Below are positions 10,701 through 20,406 of a stretch of 64,000 nt of DNA, in pieces. The notes under the pieces are model-generated. The model was not told where the DNA came from. It searched no databases and worked only from the letters and a program-made list of their open reading frames with translations. The translations under genes and the position numbers were made by a program. The first letter of the stretch is position 1; each line of letters begins with the position of its first letter. This DNA comes from Cyanobacteria bacterium P01_D01_bin.156 (GTDB lineage: Bacteria > Cyanobacteriota > Cyanobacteriia > Phormidesmidales > Phormidesmidaceae): NCBI GenBank assembly GCA_039024555.1, contig JBCCQQ010000002.1:32001-96000 (forward strand). Direction: 5' to 3'.

Positions 10701-12526
10701 GAGGGCTGGGAGGCTGTGACTCGCTGTAAGGCTTGGAGAATGGAGACTTCCCAGCTCAGATAGTTACGTACCAGTAAAGGCAGAGTAGTGCGTCCTTCTG
10801 TCGTGGCTTCTGTGAGCGCGGGCACTAGCCCGCCTCGCAGCAGGGAGCTTTTGCCAACACCGGATTCTCCATGGAGAATCACTAGGGTGTGTTGGGGCTG
10901 CATCAGCCGAGCAACCAGATGATCAATATCCTGCTGTCTGCCAGAGGCCTGCATCTCAAAAGCAGAAATTTCGCTACGACCGGAGGATGACCGATAGGGC
11001 TGGATCGGGCTAGCGCCAATAAACGCACGCAAACCCATCAGGTTTTCAATATGACGCTGCTCCTGTTTGATGGTGAAGGCATCGAGATAACGTTGCTTGG
11101 CAAAATACAAATCCTGGAGGCTGCTAAGAATCTGACGATATAGGGCAAAGTTGTGGCGCGCTTCCACTCGCTGTCTGGCATTTTCTAAGTCTTGGAGGGC
11201 GTCTTGAAAGAGGGTTTCATCCCCCTGTAGCTGACGAGCCTGTCCCCGTAGAAAGTAATATTCTCCTTGGTGGTACCGAAGCGCAAAGACAACAGATTTG
11301 GCAGCAGGGCTGGTGCTTGCATGATCGGGATCGCTAAGGCTGGTGGCGTGGGCATTTTTGACAGTTTGGTTAATTAGCTCTAGGGCTCTGCTAGCCAGCT
11401 GTTCTGCTTTGTTCCATTGCTGTTGGTGGAGAGCGGCTTCTGCTAGGTAACCATAGTCTCGGGCTAAGCGAATCGGATCGGCTGCATGTAATACCAAACC
11501 CTCTTCAGCAACTTGGATAAGGGCTTCCCAAGCTTCTAGCTTTTGGATAACTTCGGCCAGCACATGAATAAATTTGGCCGTGAGGTCGAGCCGATCCTGC
11601 TGACGTAAAATGTCCAAAAAACGTTCATAAAACCGTCGAGCCTGGCGACAAGAAGCTATGTAGGTAGAGCGCTGCATCTGTGCGTGGGTTTGCCACCACA
11701 GTCCTAAATGCAGCAGTAATACCGCCTGCTGGTCGGTTGTATCTTCAACGGTGTTATTAACGGCTAGCCAATAGTCAAGGCTCTGTTCGTAGTAGTCCCG
11801 AGCTACTTTTAGCCGCTCGGGTGTGTGGGCTTCTCGACCCCTGAGAAAATTGAGACTGGCCTGGAGAGCACCATCTAGCTGAGCCGTATGGTGGCTGAGG
11901 TCTGCGATCGCAAATGGCAATTCCTGCTCAGTTAAAATTTTCAGATGGTGGCTTAGGCTCGGTAGCTGGGGCGCAAAATAGTCCAAAAAATCCGATGCGG
12001 GGCTATCTAAAATGTGAGTAAATAGCTCTGCAGCGGATCGATGTAGGGCTTCGATTAGAGCCTGAACCGGATAGTCCATTTGGATAGGCACTGCCGCAAA
12101 ACTCTTGAGATCGGCGGCATGGACCGTCATCGTTTGCAAAACGCTGTCGTTCATCCACAGCACCACCGGATAGGGGCACTTGGTGAGCATTGCATTGCGT
12201 CCCACGTTTGCCGCTTTGAACATTACCTCTAAAGCGTCAACCTGCTCAAAACCTGTGACCATAACGGCTTCAGAAGGCTGTGGCAACCCTTTCAAGCTGT
12301 GGTTAATCTGGTTAGATAGGGAGCGAGTACATGACGAAAGTTCTACTTGGTGGAAATCTTGCCCTGCGGCCAGGGTACCCAGTAGAAGCTGGGTTAAGCG
12401 TTGATAGTTGGCCCGCACCAAAATCAGCGAAAACTGCCCACGGCCCAAGGTGAGCGCCCGTTGTAAATTATTCAGTGCCGTTTGATTGTGGGCAACAATT
12501 TCGGGAAGATCGGCCTGGTACATCAA
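7730..12526 (-). CDS. STAND NTPase (nSTAND1-like) protein: degenerate N-terminal domain, TPR-like helices, NTPase, coiled coil and 14 WD40 repeats
   Basis: Walker A GESGVGKS, Walker B ILVFDQFEE, YQLAHDYL; 14 GH...W repeats counted in the C-terminal ~600 aa. Confidence 0.9.
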   Translation of the reverse strand: MMYQADLPEIVAHNQTALNNLQRALTLGRGQFSLILVRANYQRLTQLLLGTLAAGQDFHQVELSSCTRSLSNQINHSLKGLPQPSEAVMVTGFEQVDALEVMFKAANVGRNAMLTKCPYPVVLWMNDSVLQTMTVHAADLKSFAAVPIQMDYPVQALIEALHRSAAELFTHILDSPASDFLDYFAPQLPSLSHHLKILTEQELPFAIADLSHHTAQLDGALQASLNFLRGREAHTPERLKVARDYYEQSLDYWLAVNNTVEDTTDQQAVLLLHLGLWWQTHAQMQRSTYIASCRQARRFYERFLDILRQQDRLDLTAKFIHVLAEVIQKLEAWEALIQVAEEGLVLHAADPIRLARDYGYLAEAALHQQQWNKAEQLASRALELINQTVKNAHATSLSDPDHASTSPAAKSVVFALRYHQGEYYFLRGQARQLQGDETLFQDALQDLENARQRVEARHNFALYRQILSSLQDLYFAKQRYLDAFTIKQEQRHIENLMGLRAFIGASPIQPYRSSSGRSEISAFEMQASGRQQDIDHLVARLMQPQHTLVILHGESGVGKSSLLRGGLVPALTEATTEGRTTLPLLVRNYLSWEVSILQALQRVTASQPSAPPNFQVTFPIMGENLLSHLNQHAQDNYQQIILVFDQFEEFFFESPSVKQRQSLYYFLRNCLNTPYLKVVLALRDDYLHYLLEWERIASLDLDILSKDARYYIGNFNRRQCEAVIRQLTDNAQFYLEEELITALVDDLTVDAGDVKPIQLQVVGAELQRENITTLRSYQKLGDDPIQALVRSFLNRVIRDCGPENSTLARTTLYLLSDESTTRPLKTLAELEESLESLGILVDPARLTLVLEILAASGLLFESPEVGGRVRYQLAHDYLADLVKQQDMPGLMTVLQAERRRRKQTETQLRTALQEQALALAQATEDRHRAEIAEMQALASVSQALLLSADGLGALLEALKGAQQSRLTPVSSYLQNQLLFCLWQAVHGVREKIRISGHQDWVLSARFSPNGHYLASASDDGTVRLWSTQGKLLQVFTGHQGSVLDVAFSHDSQLLGSAGDDATIRLWQMSGECLHVLSGHSSSVNSIAFSPIQRLLASASNDHTIQLWSQDGQWLKTLKGHIDWVRSVAFSADGEHLVSAAEDGTLCLWNTAGELLQTMSSHAGWVLQAVFSPDGQHILSGGDDHLIKQWNLDGDLLQCFEGHQNWVRDVCFSPDGKRIISASDDRNIYVWDLQGQILDDLKGHRSSVLSVAIHPQGTQVVSTSDDNTVRLWQLDAPKAPILRGHQGIVWDVCWHPQGAGLVSVGADQSLRFWTSQHSLRKTVQGHNSSVYSVDWRADGQMLASASADHTVKLWTPNGELLQTFENHQNAVWSVKFSPDGTYLASAGSDRNLRLWNTDGHPIAQLRGHEGTIWSVAFSPDGRYLVSGSEDGTLRQWTGITAASPSQTHHVFRGHTGSVWAVAVSPNSKTIASAGSDNTVRLWHNGELVHTLRGHHDWVRSVSFGLGGTVVASTSDDGTIRFWQVSNGELLHTFTGHRGIIWQASFDSTGEYLASAGADGHIRLWNLNLAELMKQGCQWLQDYLAYGDLSDTDRLMCEDF

Positions 12527-12546
12527 AGGATCAGCAACGCTAATAA

Positions 12547-13872
12547 TTAATTATGAGCTGCCAACCAACTTTTATACCGTTTTGTTTCTTTTAACACCGG
12601 GTTAAAATCAAACCAACGACCGCCGTTATCACGATACTCATAGAGAAATAGACTCCGCAGTAGCAGGCTGTAGGCTTCATTCCCTTGAGTGTCTGGGGTG
12701 CTGATGGCCTTAAACATCAGCTGCCATTCGCTTTCATCAATCAATGCCATTAGAGAATCTCGCTCATCGCGGATCACGGCTTCTAAAATGTTGGACTGAA
12801 TGGGTGGATCTCCCTTTTGCAAGCAGCCGTACAGCAATCGCATGAGATTACGCATGTGGCCCCCGCTCAAATGGCAGAGACGCTCTAAAACGGTACTATT
12901 CTCAAAAATGTTGTCAATATGATCGATACGTTCGTTGTAATTTTTGTTGGGAAATGCTCGGGCAAGAACCATCTGTTGTAGCAACGCTAATCCGGGTTCT
13001 GATGTACTTCCACTGCGCTGCATGACTGGGACCATAGGGAGTACCTTTGGCGAAACCCCAAAGCGGTTGGAGAGTCTTGGTAAATCGTCTGAGAATACCA
13101 ATGCTAACGGAATTGTGTACACCACATGGCAGTTTAGTCGTTTCAGCTGTTCTCCTCGATCGATAAATAAATATTCAGACTGGGTGCGGCCATTGGCGCG
13201 TTCCACCGGGTCGATACGGTCCAGGTTATCAACAATCACCACCAGGCCTTTTTTGCCTTGGGAGCGGAGGTTTGCGATCGCAGTTTCCAATAGCTCTTCA
13301 TTGATGGCATCGATAATATTTTTAGTACGGGGTTCCAAATACTGCCGCATGCGGCTGCGCATTTCTGGACTTTCCTTAGCCCGTGCCGTAATTGCCGCAA
13401 TACCCACGGAAAAGCTAACATCAGCAATTTCCATGGGAGTTTGTAACGTCTCCGCTAAATTCCGAAACAGGCTCACGAGTGCCGACGGCTTTAGATTAAT
13501 ATTCTCACTTTCTAAACTTTCCACCACCTGATGAGCAATCATTAGCAGAATATCGCTAATGTCCACATCAGCCATTTCTAAATCTCGGTCCGACTCGAAA
13601 TACACCACATGCAAACCCTGTTGCTCTAACTTGGCCTTTAGCCGCAGTAGTTCTGTGGATTTACCGCAGCCAATATTGCCAGTAAACAACTGAGTTGTTG
13701 CTTCATCTGGCGATAGCAATGTAATAGTACGTTCCAGTTCTCGTACAATATCTCCACCACGCACTGACGAAAAGTCAATGTAATACTGTCGATCTTCATC
13801 TTGTATCAAGCGTAGTGGCCGACTTGGGTTCGCGGCCCGATAGAAGCGGGGTAGGTCTAACACCATCGGCAT
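12547..13872 (-). CDS. P-loop NTPase (STAND/AAA-like) partner of the WD40 protein
   Basis: Walker A GNIGCGKST, Walker B VVIVDNLDR, SGGHMRNL sensor-like motif; 20 bp upstream of the WD40 gene. Confidence 0.88.
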   Translation of the reverse strand: MPMVLDLPRFYRAANPSRPLRLIQDEDRQYYIDFSSVRGGDIVRELERTITLLSPDEATTQLFTGNIGCGKSTELLRLKAKLEQQGLHVVYFESDRDLEMADVDISDILLMIAHQVVESLESENINLKPSALVSLFRNLAETLQTPMEIADVSFSVGIAAITARAKESPEMRSRMRQYLEPRTKNIIDAINEELLETAIANLRSQGKKGLVVIVDNLDRIDPVERANGRTQSEYLFIDRGEQLKRLNCHVVYTIPLALVFSDDLPRLSNRFGVSPKVLPMVPVMQRSGSTSEPGLALLQQMVLARAFPNKNYNERIDHIDNIFENSTVLERLCHLSGGHMRNLMRLLYGCLQKGDPPIQSNILEAVIRDERDSLMALIDESEWQLMFKAISTPDTQGNEAYSLLLRSLFLYEYRDNGGRWFDFNPVLKETKRYKSWLAAHN

Positions 13873-14144
13873 ACAGCATTACAGCATCCGTAATCCTAGA
13901 CGATTTCCCAAAAATAGACCAAGAATTTTAGCGTTGTTAGCTAGTAACGGCACTCCAACTTCAAACTAACTCGTCATGTCAGCTTGAATGTAAGGATTGT
14001 ATTGATATGGCTGTCTATCCCCTCCTTAGAGGGTAATTTAGCCTAATACGTCTAAATTAGCTAAGTTTGATTTAGGCCACAATTGGGCATTTTGAGAACG
14101 AATTATAAAAAGGGTATGGTGATGAATAATTGCAGAGACGAACA

Positions 14145-16211
14145 ATGGCATTTGTAGAACGTCTCAGAAAAAAAGCAGTTTGTTATCTGCCCATCCTGCT
14201 ACTTGCCTTTGGAACCAGGCCGCTAGTAGCTAAGTCCTTAGTTCACACTACTGACAACATTTTAGTTATCCATTCCTATAACTCGGAACTATCTTGGACA
14301 CAGCAAGAGAAAAAGGGCATCGAAGAGGGATTTCAAGACAGCCAGCATGCGGTCACGGTTTATCACGAATTCCTAGATGCCAAGCGTTATCCTGAGCTAG
14401 AGCATCGGGATGCGTTTTTAAGCTATCTCCAGAAAAAGTACCAGGATGTGGATCTGCGACTGCTGATGGTAGCGGACGATCCTGGTCTAAATATGATTCT
14501 GGTGACGCGCGAACAGTATTTCCCAGATTTACCCGTTGTATTTATGGGAATTAATCATGTTCAAGATGAGTTGTTAAAAATTCCTTGGCTAACCGGAGTA
14601 TTTGAAACCCACAGCTACAGAGAGACAATATTAGAGGCCCAGCGCCAAACCCAGGCAGACAACGTTATTGTTCTGCTCGATTCCACAGAGACAGGCAAGG
14701 CCAATCTTGAGCGTCTCAAACAGATTCAATCAAGTGATCAGACATTGCCCGAAATTACGGTGGTTCAGGACGTTACACCAGCTACCATTGCTCAAATACT
14801 GGGCAGCTATCCAAGTCATTGGCCTATATTTTTGCGGGGGCAGTTACGCTCGGATGATGCAAATGCAGCACTGTTGCCCTTTGAACAAACAACTCAGTTG
14901 TTGCGCTCTCACTTAAAAAACCCCATCTACACCGTCAGTAGTCAAGATTTAGGCCATGGTGTTGTCGGAGGGAAAGTCATTGAAGGTAGCTACCACGCTA
15001 AACAAGCGGTTCAGCTAGTTGAAGAGATTTTAGATGGCACCCCCATTCACCAAGTATCCCCGATCATCCATGGCACCAACCAATGGTTTTTTGATGCCCA
15101 AGAGTTGAGACGGTTTAACATTCAGAAAACAGCATTGCCGCCTGCGAGTATTCTGATCAATCAAAAAACATCATTCTATGAGCAATATCGTGAGCTGACA
15201 TGGTATCTCACGTCTGTTTTTCTGTTGGGGATGCTCACTATTTTAATTCTAATAGAAGCGATTCGACGTCAAAAGCAGGCCGAACAGACTTTAGAGCATC
15301 GAGTAACTGAACGCACAAACGAACTTAGCAACACCCTAGAAGAGCTAAAACAAGCTCAGGCACAGCTGATTCAGACCGAAAAGCTATCTAGCCTGGGGCA
15401 ATTAGTGGGTGGCGTTGCCCATGAGTTTAATAATCCCCTCACGTTTATTGCTGGAAACATCGAGATTTTAAAGGGATATGGAAAGAACCTTTTAGACCTA
15501 ATCTCTGTGTACCAAAAACAGATGCCAGCATTCAATGCAGCAGCCCACAATGCCCAGGATGTAGATGACATAGATTTAGACTATATCCAGGAAGATATGC
15601 CTAAAATATTCCAATCTATTGCTCGGGGGACGCAACGTATTGAAGCGATTGTGAAAAGCCTACAGTCGTTTGCCTGTGTGGATGAGCAAGGCATTAAACC
15701 AACTGATCTCAACAAAAGTCTCGATAACACGCTACTCATCCTAAAAGCTCGTATAGGAGAAGAGATTGATATCGTTAAAGAATATGGAGAGTTACCTAAA
15801 ATCCCTTGTGATCCAGGTGCTATCAATCAGGTATTTATGCAAATCATGCTCAATGCCATAGACGCTGTTAATACCCTTGAGAAAGATGAATTAAAGCAAA
15901 TTTCAATTCATAGCTATGTTCAGAACGATGATTGGATAACAATCATCATTCAAGATACTGGGTCAGGAATTGCTCCTGAAATACAGGATAAAATCTTTGA
16001 TCCATTTTTTACCACCAAACCTGTTGGCGCTGGAACCGGCTTGGGTCTATCCGTTGCCTATCAGTATATTCAGCAACATAATGGTCGGTTTAGCTTTTGC
16101 CCTAATCAGCCCCAGGGAAGCATATTCACACTCCAACTGCCGTTTAAGACATCAATCGCTAGTCTCCAACGGCAACAGAGTGTCCAGATAGGCAAAACTG
16201 AGAATCGTTAA
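14145..16211 (+). CDS. Sensor histidine kinase with extracytoplasmic ABC-substrate-binding-type sensor domain
   Basis: ILVIHSY...W sensor start, one [24 protein letters not shown]-box, [28 protein letters not shown] 14130 is an alternative start. Confidence 0.92.
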   Translation: MAFVERLRKKAVCYLPILLLAFGTRPLVAKSLVHTTDNILVIHSYNSELSWTQQEKKGIEEGFQDSQHAVTVYHEFLDAKRYPELEHRDAFLSYLQKKYQDVDLRLLMVADDPGLNMILVTREQYFPDLPVVFMGINHVQDELLKIPWLTGVFETHSYRETILEAQRQTQADNVIVLLDSTETGKANLERLKQIQSSDQTLPEITVVQDVTPATIAQILGSYPSHWPIFLRGQLRSDDANAALLPFEQTTQLLRSHLKNPIYTVSSQDLGHGVVGGKVIEGSYHAKQAVQLVEEILDGTPIHQVSPIIHGTNQWFFDAQELRRFNIQKTALPPASILINQKTSFYEQYRELTWYLTSVFLLGMLTILILIEAIRRQKQAEQTLEHRVTERTNELSNTLEELKQAQAQLIQTEKLSSLGQLVGGVAHEFNNPLTFIAGNIEILKGYGKNLLDLISVYQKQMPAFNAAAHNAQDVDDIDLDYIQEDMPKIFQSIARGTQRIEAIVKSLQSFACVDEQGIKPTDLNKSLDNTLLILKARIGEEIDIVKEYGELPKIPCDPGAINQVFMQIMLNAIDAVNTLEKDELKQISIHSYVQNDDWITIIIQDTGSGIAPEIQDKIFDPFFTTKPVGAGTGLGLSVAYQYIQQHNGRFSFCPNQPQGSIFTLQLPFKTSIASLQRQQSVQIGKTENR

Positions 16212-16346
16212 AGACTGTCACAGCAATATTGAGTTTTGATGGCAAAGGTGAAAAACCTTGACGGTGGTGTCGCTTTTTTAGAATGCCTACCTAATACTAG
16301 TTGGCTCGTGTTCCCTATAAAAGCAAGCGTAAAATAAATGACATTA

Positions 16347-16478
16347 ATGCAGGATAAAAAGGCTGGTGAGCAGACTTATCCAGAAAATGTAAACTATGCT
16401 CTCTATGAATTGATTTGGGCCTTGGGTCTGGTGGCTATTTGCATTAGTACAGCTATGGTTCTGATTACAAACTACTAA
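16347..16478 (+). CDS. Putative small single-pass membrane protein (43 aa; 46 aa from ATG 16338)
   Basis: Manual translation MQDKKAGEQTYPENVNYALYELIWALGLVAICISTAMVLITNY*; its TAA directly abuts the next gene's ATG. Confidence 0.5.
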   Translation: MQDKKAGEQTYPENVNYALYELIWALGLVAICISTAMVLITNY

Positions 16479-16787
16479 ATGCTAGAAGTGGCTATTCTCG
16501 ATGTCAAGCCCGATGACACAGACGCATTTGAGGCCGCGTTTCAGCAGGCTCAGTCAATTATCAGCTCCATGGCTGGCTACCGTGGTCATCAGCTCCAAAA
16601 ATGCCTAGAAAAAGACAATCGCTATGTGTTGTTAGTGAGTTGGCAGACTCTGGAAGATCATACTCAAGGCTTTCGCGGTTCAGAAGAGTACCAGCAATGG
16701 AAGGCGTTGTTGCATCATTTTTACGATCCGTTTCCTGTTGTCGAGCATTACCAGCTAGTGGCAGGCAACAACCTATTAGAAAGCTGA
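16479..16787 (+). CDS. Antibiotic biosynthesis monooxygenase (ABM) family protein
   Basis: MLEVAILDV...FEAAF, W.TLEDHTQGFRGS.EY..WK.LLHHFYDPFP.VEHY. Confidence 0.92.
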   Translation: MLEVAILDVKPDDTDAFEAAFQQAQSIISSMAGYRGHQLQKCLEKDNRYVLLVSWQTLEDHTQGFRGSEEYQQWKALLHHFYDPFPVVEHYQLVAGNNLLES

Positions 16788-16809
16788 GTCTCCGTAACAG
16801 AGACTCAGC
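16783..16809 (+). terminator. Stem-loop at 3' end of ABM gene
   Basis: GCTGAGTCTC-7 nt-GAGACTCAGC perfect 10-bp stem overlapping the stop; no U-tract. Confidence 0.5.
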
Positions 16810-16855
16810 CTATCGTAAATAGACAACAACACCCCCCATTCACGAGAGATTCCCT

Positions 16856-16988
16856 TGTAGGGGCAGGTCTCGTGCCTGCCCTGGGACATCATTTGGCCCC
16901 AAACCGCATGGCGTTTATCCAAAGATTAGATAGCCCTCGGTCTGTAGCCATAACGGTTGCAGGGCATCCAGGAGGGAGTGCCCCTACA
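16856..16988. repeat. Inverted pair of GTAG-type REP-like elements (REPIN-like)
   Basis: TGTAGGGGCAGG-TCTCGTG-CCTGCCCT at 16856-16882 and reverse-strand TGTAGGGGCACTCCCTCCTGGATGCCCT at 16988-16961, between convergent genes. Confidence 0.7.
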
Positions 16989-17009
16989 GGGTGTTGATTT
17001 GGCAACAAT

Positions 17010-18170
17010 CTAAATCTCGGCCATCACCTTGCCCATGGCCGTCAACACACGGTCCACATTCTCAGGACGGCTGTTATACCCCATCAGACCAATGCGCCAT
17101 ACCTTGCCGCCTAGCTCGCCTAGACCATTGCCAATCTCGATATTGTGATCAGCCAACATTTTACTCGTGACCGCCTTCGCATTTACCCCGTCAGGTACCC
17201 TAACAGTTGTTAACGTCGGCAAACGATACTCCTTGGGTACATGGCAGCTCAGGCCTAGGTCAGCCAAGCCATCCCAAAGCTTCTCCGCTGTCTTCTGATG
17301 ACGTTCCCAAGAATTTTCCAGACCTTCTTCAATCACCAGCCGCAGTGCTTCGCGAATAGCGTAGGTCATATTCACAGGAGCCGTATGGTGGTAAGTGCGT
17401 CCCTTACCCCAGTAGTTGCGCAATAGGGAAATATCTAAATACCAGTTCGCTACCTTGGATTGACGCTTATCTAGCTTTTGGAGAGCCCGCTCACTCATAG
17501 TGAATGGAGAACTACCGGGAGGGCAGCTAAGACCTTTTTGACTGCAGCTATAGGCCATGTCCACACCCCATTCATCTAGAAAAATGGGGACTCCGCCCAT
17601 GCTGGTAACCGTATCAATCAGCAGCAGACAGTCAAACTCACGGCACAGATCGCCCACACCTTCGAGGGGCTGACGCGCACCGGTAGAGGTTTCAGCATGG
17701 ACCAGCCCCAGAATAGCAGGACGATGTTCTTCCAGAGCCGCCCGTAGTTCTGATAGGCTAAAAACCTCGCCCCAAGGCTTACTAATGCTGCGGACATCGG
17801 CCCGGTATCGTCCAGCCATGTCCACTAGACGATTGCCGAAGTAGCCATTAATCCCAACTAAAACCACATCCCCAGGTTCTACAGCATTGGCCAGAGTTGC
17901 TTCCATGGCAGCGGACCCAGTACCGCTGATGGGTAAAGTCATTGGATTTTCGGTTTGCCAGACGTAGCGCATCATGGACTGCACTTCATCCATTAGATCC
18001 AAATATGCTGGGTCCAAATGGCCAATGGGCTGACGATTCATGGCAGCAACCACATCAGGGTTAGAGTTGGAAGGGCCAGGACCTAGAAGAAGCCGCTCTG
18101 GAATGTTTAGGGCTGTGGGGGTAATGCGAAATTTATCGTTGATTTTGGGTCGGGATAAAGTCAGGCTCAT
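17010..18170 (-). CDS. Alanine/serine-glyoxylate aminotransferase family (class V PLP)
   Basis: LLLGPGPSN, SGTGSAAME, VHAETSTG, DTVTS, SQKGLSCPPG (PLP lysine), YHHTAP, WRIGLMG. Confidence 0.94.
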   Translation of the reverse strand: MSLTLSRPKINDKFRITPTALNIPERLLLGPGPSNSNPDVVAAMNRQPIGHLDPAYLDLMDEVQSMMRYVWQTENPMTLPISGTGSAAMEATLANAVEPGDVVLVGINGYFGNRLVDMAGRYRADVRSISKPWGEVFSLSELRAALEEHRPAILGLVHAETSTGARQPLEGVGDLCREFDCLLLIDTVTSMGGVPIFLDEWGVDMAYSCSQKGLSCPPGSSPFTMSERALQKLDKRQSKVANWYLDISLLRNYWGKGRTYHHTAPVNMTYAIREALRLVIEEGLENSWERHQKTAEKLWDGLADLGLSCHVPKEYRLPTLTTVRVPDGVNAKAVTSKMLADHNIEIGNGLGELGGKVWRIGLMGYNSRPENVDRVLTAMGKVMAEI

Positions 18171-18360
18171 GGCGGTATTTAACGGATTTAGAGAGCTAAC
18201 AAAACGGTAGCTAATGTGACAAAATGTCTTCCCATTGTCCGACGGAATGGACCATTCGTTAAATATTGGTTATCTGACCAGCCAACTAATGTGGAACTAA
18301 AGGTATTGGATTAAAGTGAGGGCGGGTAATTGTCCCGATGGTTTGAACGTATGAAGGTTT

Positions 18361-19065
18361 GTGAGTGTGGTGCAGTTAGACGACTTGAAACAGCGGTGGC
18401 AGCTAGAGCCGATGGCGGAGTATGTCTGCGATCTCAACCTAAACCTCTACAAAACCCCTACGGACTCTAGTTTGGTTACCCAAGCTGCCGCTGGCCTGCC
18501 GCTAAAAATTGCTGACATCACCTCGGACGGTATTTCCGTTATCCTTTGCACCGATAGTTATCCCGGCTGGCTGAGGGTAGACGATATTGATGCGCTCTCC
18601 ACAGCAGCGGCACCGTATCAGGCCCCTATGGTCACCCGTGCCCATATCGAAAAAGTTATTCCCGATGCGATCGCCTTTACCCAGGCGGCCATGGCCACCC
18701 CAAATCAGTACCTGTGGGGAGGCACCGTTGCCCCTGACTATGATTGTTCGGGGCTAATGCAGGCGGCTTTTGCCTCAGTGGGGGTGCCTCTGCCCCGTGA
18801 CTCCTATCAACAAGAGGCATTTACCACCACCCTAGATAAGACAGCTCTACGCCCTGGCGATCTGATCTTTTTTGGTACGCCAGAACGAACAACCCATGTT
18901 GCCCTGCACCTGGAGAATGGTCGCTATATTCACAGCTCGGGGAAAGACCAAGGGCGCAACGGTATTGGGATTGATTCTATTGATGATCTAACCGACCCCG
19001 TCAGCGCTGCCTATGCTGCCCAGTATCGATGCTGTGGTCGCATTATGGCAGGCTACAGCCCTTAG
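18361..19065 (+). CDS. SH3b + NlpC/P60 (C40) peptidase, YkfC-like gamma-D-glutamyl endopeptidase
   Basis: DSYPGW SH3-like segment, YLWGG, DCSGL, LPRDSYQQ, PGDLIFF, THVAL, IHSS. Confidence 0.9.
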   Translation: MSVVQLDDLKQRWQLEPMAEYVCDLNLNLYKTPTDSSLVTQAAAGLPLKIADITSDGISVILCTDSYPGWLRVDDIDALSTAAAPYQAPMVTRAHIEKVIPDAIAFTQAAMATPNQYLWGGTVAPDYDCSGLMQAAFASVGVPLPRDSYQQEAFTTTLDKTALRPGDLIFFGTPERTTHVALHLENGRYIHSSGKDQGRNGIGIDSIDDLTDPVSAAYAAQYRCCGRIMAGYSP

Positions 19066-19215
19066 CATCCTCTCCAATGCATACCCCCCTGTTACACTGC
19101 TATAGCAAACTGTGGAATACCCGTAGTTTTGTTGCCCATCACTGTTGAACTTGATATTTTAATCAAGCGCTGATGGGCGTAAACGCTGTACTCTATGTGC
19201 TGGTTTTCTCCTTCC

Positions 19216-20316
19216 ATGGTTAAACGCATCCTTCGCTGGCTGTTGTTCGGCGGTATTCTGTTCTTTCTTGCTAAAACCCTCAAGGACCACTGGCAAGAGG
19301 TGCGAACGCTGCAGATTACCGGGGCGACCTGGGCACTGCTGACCATAGCTCTGGGAATTACCCTCATGGCTCATATTTGGTCTGGCTGGGTGTGGCATTG
19401 GATTTTGCGCACCATTGGTCAATCTCGCAATGGTCAATGGTCTACGGCGGTTTATCTAAAAACCAATATTGCTAAATACTTGCCTGGGAATGTATGGCAC
19501 TTTTATGGTCGGGTGCGGGCTTTGCAAACTACCGGTGCATCGACCGGTGCAGCCATTGTAGGCGTAGTTCTAGAGCCGTTATTGATGGCAGCAGCAGCCC
19601 TATGTCTGGCAGCGATTAGTTTTAGTACCACTGTTGCTAATACCCGTTGGTTGTTGCTGGGCTGTGGTGCTGTTCTGGTGGCCATGTTGGTGGCCATTCA
19701 TCCTCGATTGCTCAACCCCATTCTGAAAAGGCTAGGCACGGCTAAAGCAAAGGCCCAAGGTTTAACGGTTACCAATAGCACCCTTCGACTGCAGACCTAT
19801 CCATTGCGATCGCTCCTGGGAGAGATTGGGTTTGTCGTCCTGCGGGGCCTAGGATTTATGATGACGCTGGTGGCGCTACAGGCCCTAGAACCCAGTCAAT
19901 TTGTGCTGGTGTTAGGAACATTTAGCGTAGCCTGGTTAGCAGGACTCGTAGTACCCGGTGCGCCTGGCGGTGTGGGAGTGTTTGAAGCAGTTGCGATCGC
20001 TCTCCTTGGCAACCAAATTCCCAATGGTCTGTTGATCAGTAGCGTTGCCCTTTACCGTTTAATCAGCACTCTGGCAGAAGCTCTGGGGGCGGGGCTGATT
20101 TGGATAGAAGAACGGATTGCGGGCCTGATGATATCCACAGGCCAAAAAAAGCGCCCGATTTTGTTACCACCACCAAAAGAAAGCATTACAAATTCGGCAT
20201 CTTCTAGCTCAAGCGTCAGCCCTAGTGAACCCACACATCCTTCTTTTGCAAACCAATCTCCTGTACGCGAGGGGGAACCCACAACGCAGTCCTTTGCACC
20301 TCGTAATAAGCAATAA
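19216..20316 (+). CDS. Lysylphosphatidylglycerol-synthase TM (YbhN/flippase-like) membrane protein
   Basis: Multiple TM helices, AKYLPGNVWHFYGR, PGAPGGVGVFE, LYR; alternative start 19195. Confidence 0.85.
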   Translation: MVKRILRWLLFGGILFFLAKTLKDHWQEVRTLQITGATWALLTIALGITLMAHIWSGWVWHWILRTIGQSRNGQWSTAVYLKTNIAKYLPGNVWHFYGRVRALQTTGASTGAAIVGVVLEPLLMAAAALCLAAISFSTTVANTRWLLLGCGAVLVAMLVAIHPRLLNPILKRLGTAKAKAQGLTVTNSTLRLQTYPLRSLLGEIGFVVLRGLGFMMTLVALQALEPSQFVLVLGTFSVAWLAGLVVPGAPGGVGVFEAVAIALLGNQIPNGLLISSVALYRLISTLAEALGAGLIWIEERIAGLMISTGQKKRPILLPPPKESITNSASSSSSVSPSEPTHPSFANQSPVREGEPTTQSFAPRNKQ

Positions 20317-20406
20317 AATTGTTGCAACCTCAGAGGGCTCACCGAGTTATGCGTATAAGAAATTCGCAAGCCGCATGCAAACGACTACGTAACATATGGC
20401 TAAAAA

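Noticed and set aside
18207..18220. NtcA-like site GTAGCTAATGTGAC upstream of the aminotransferase
   Set aside because: Mismatch to GTA-N8-TAC and no properly spaced TAN3T -10 box
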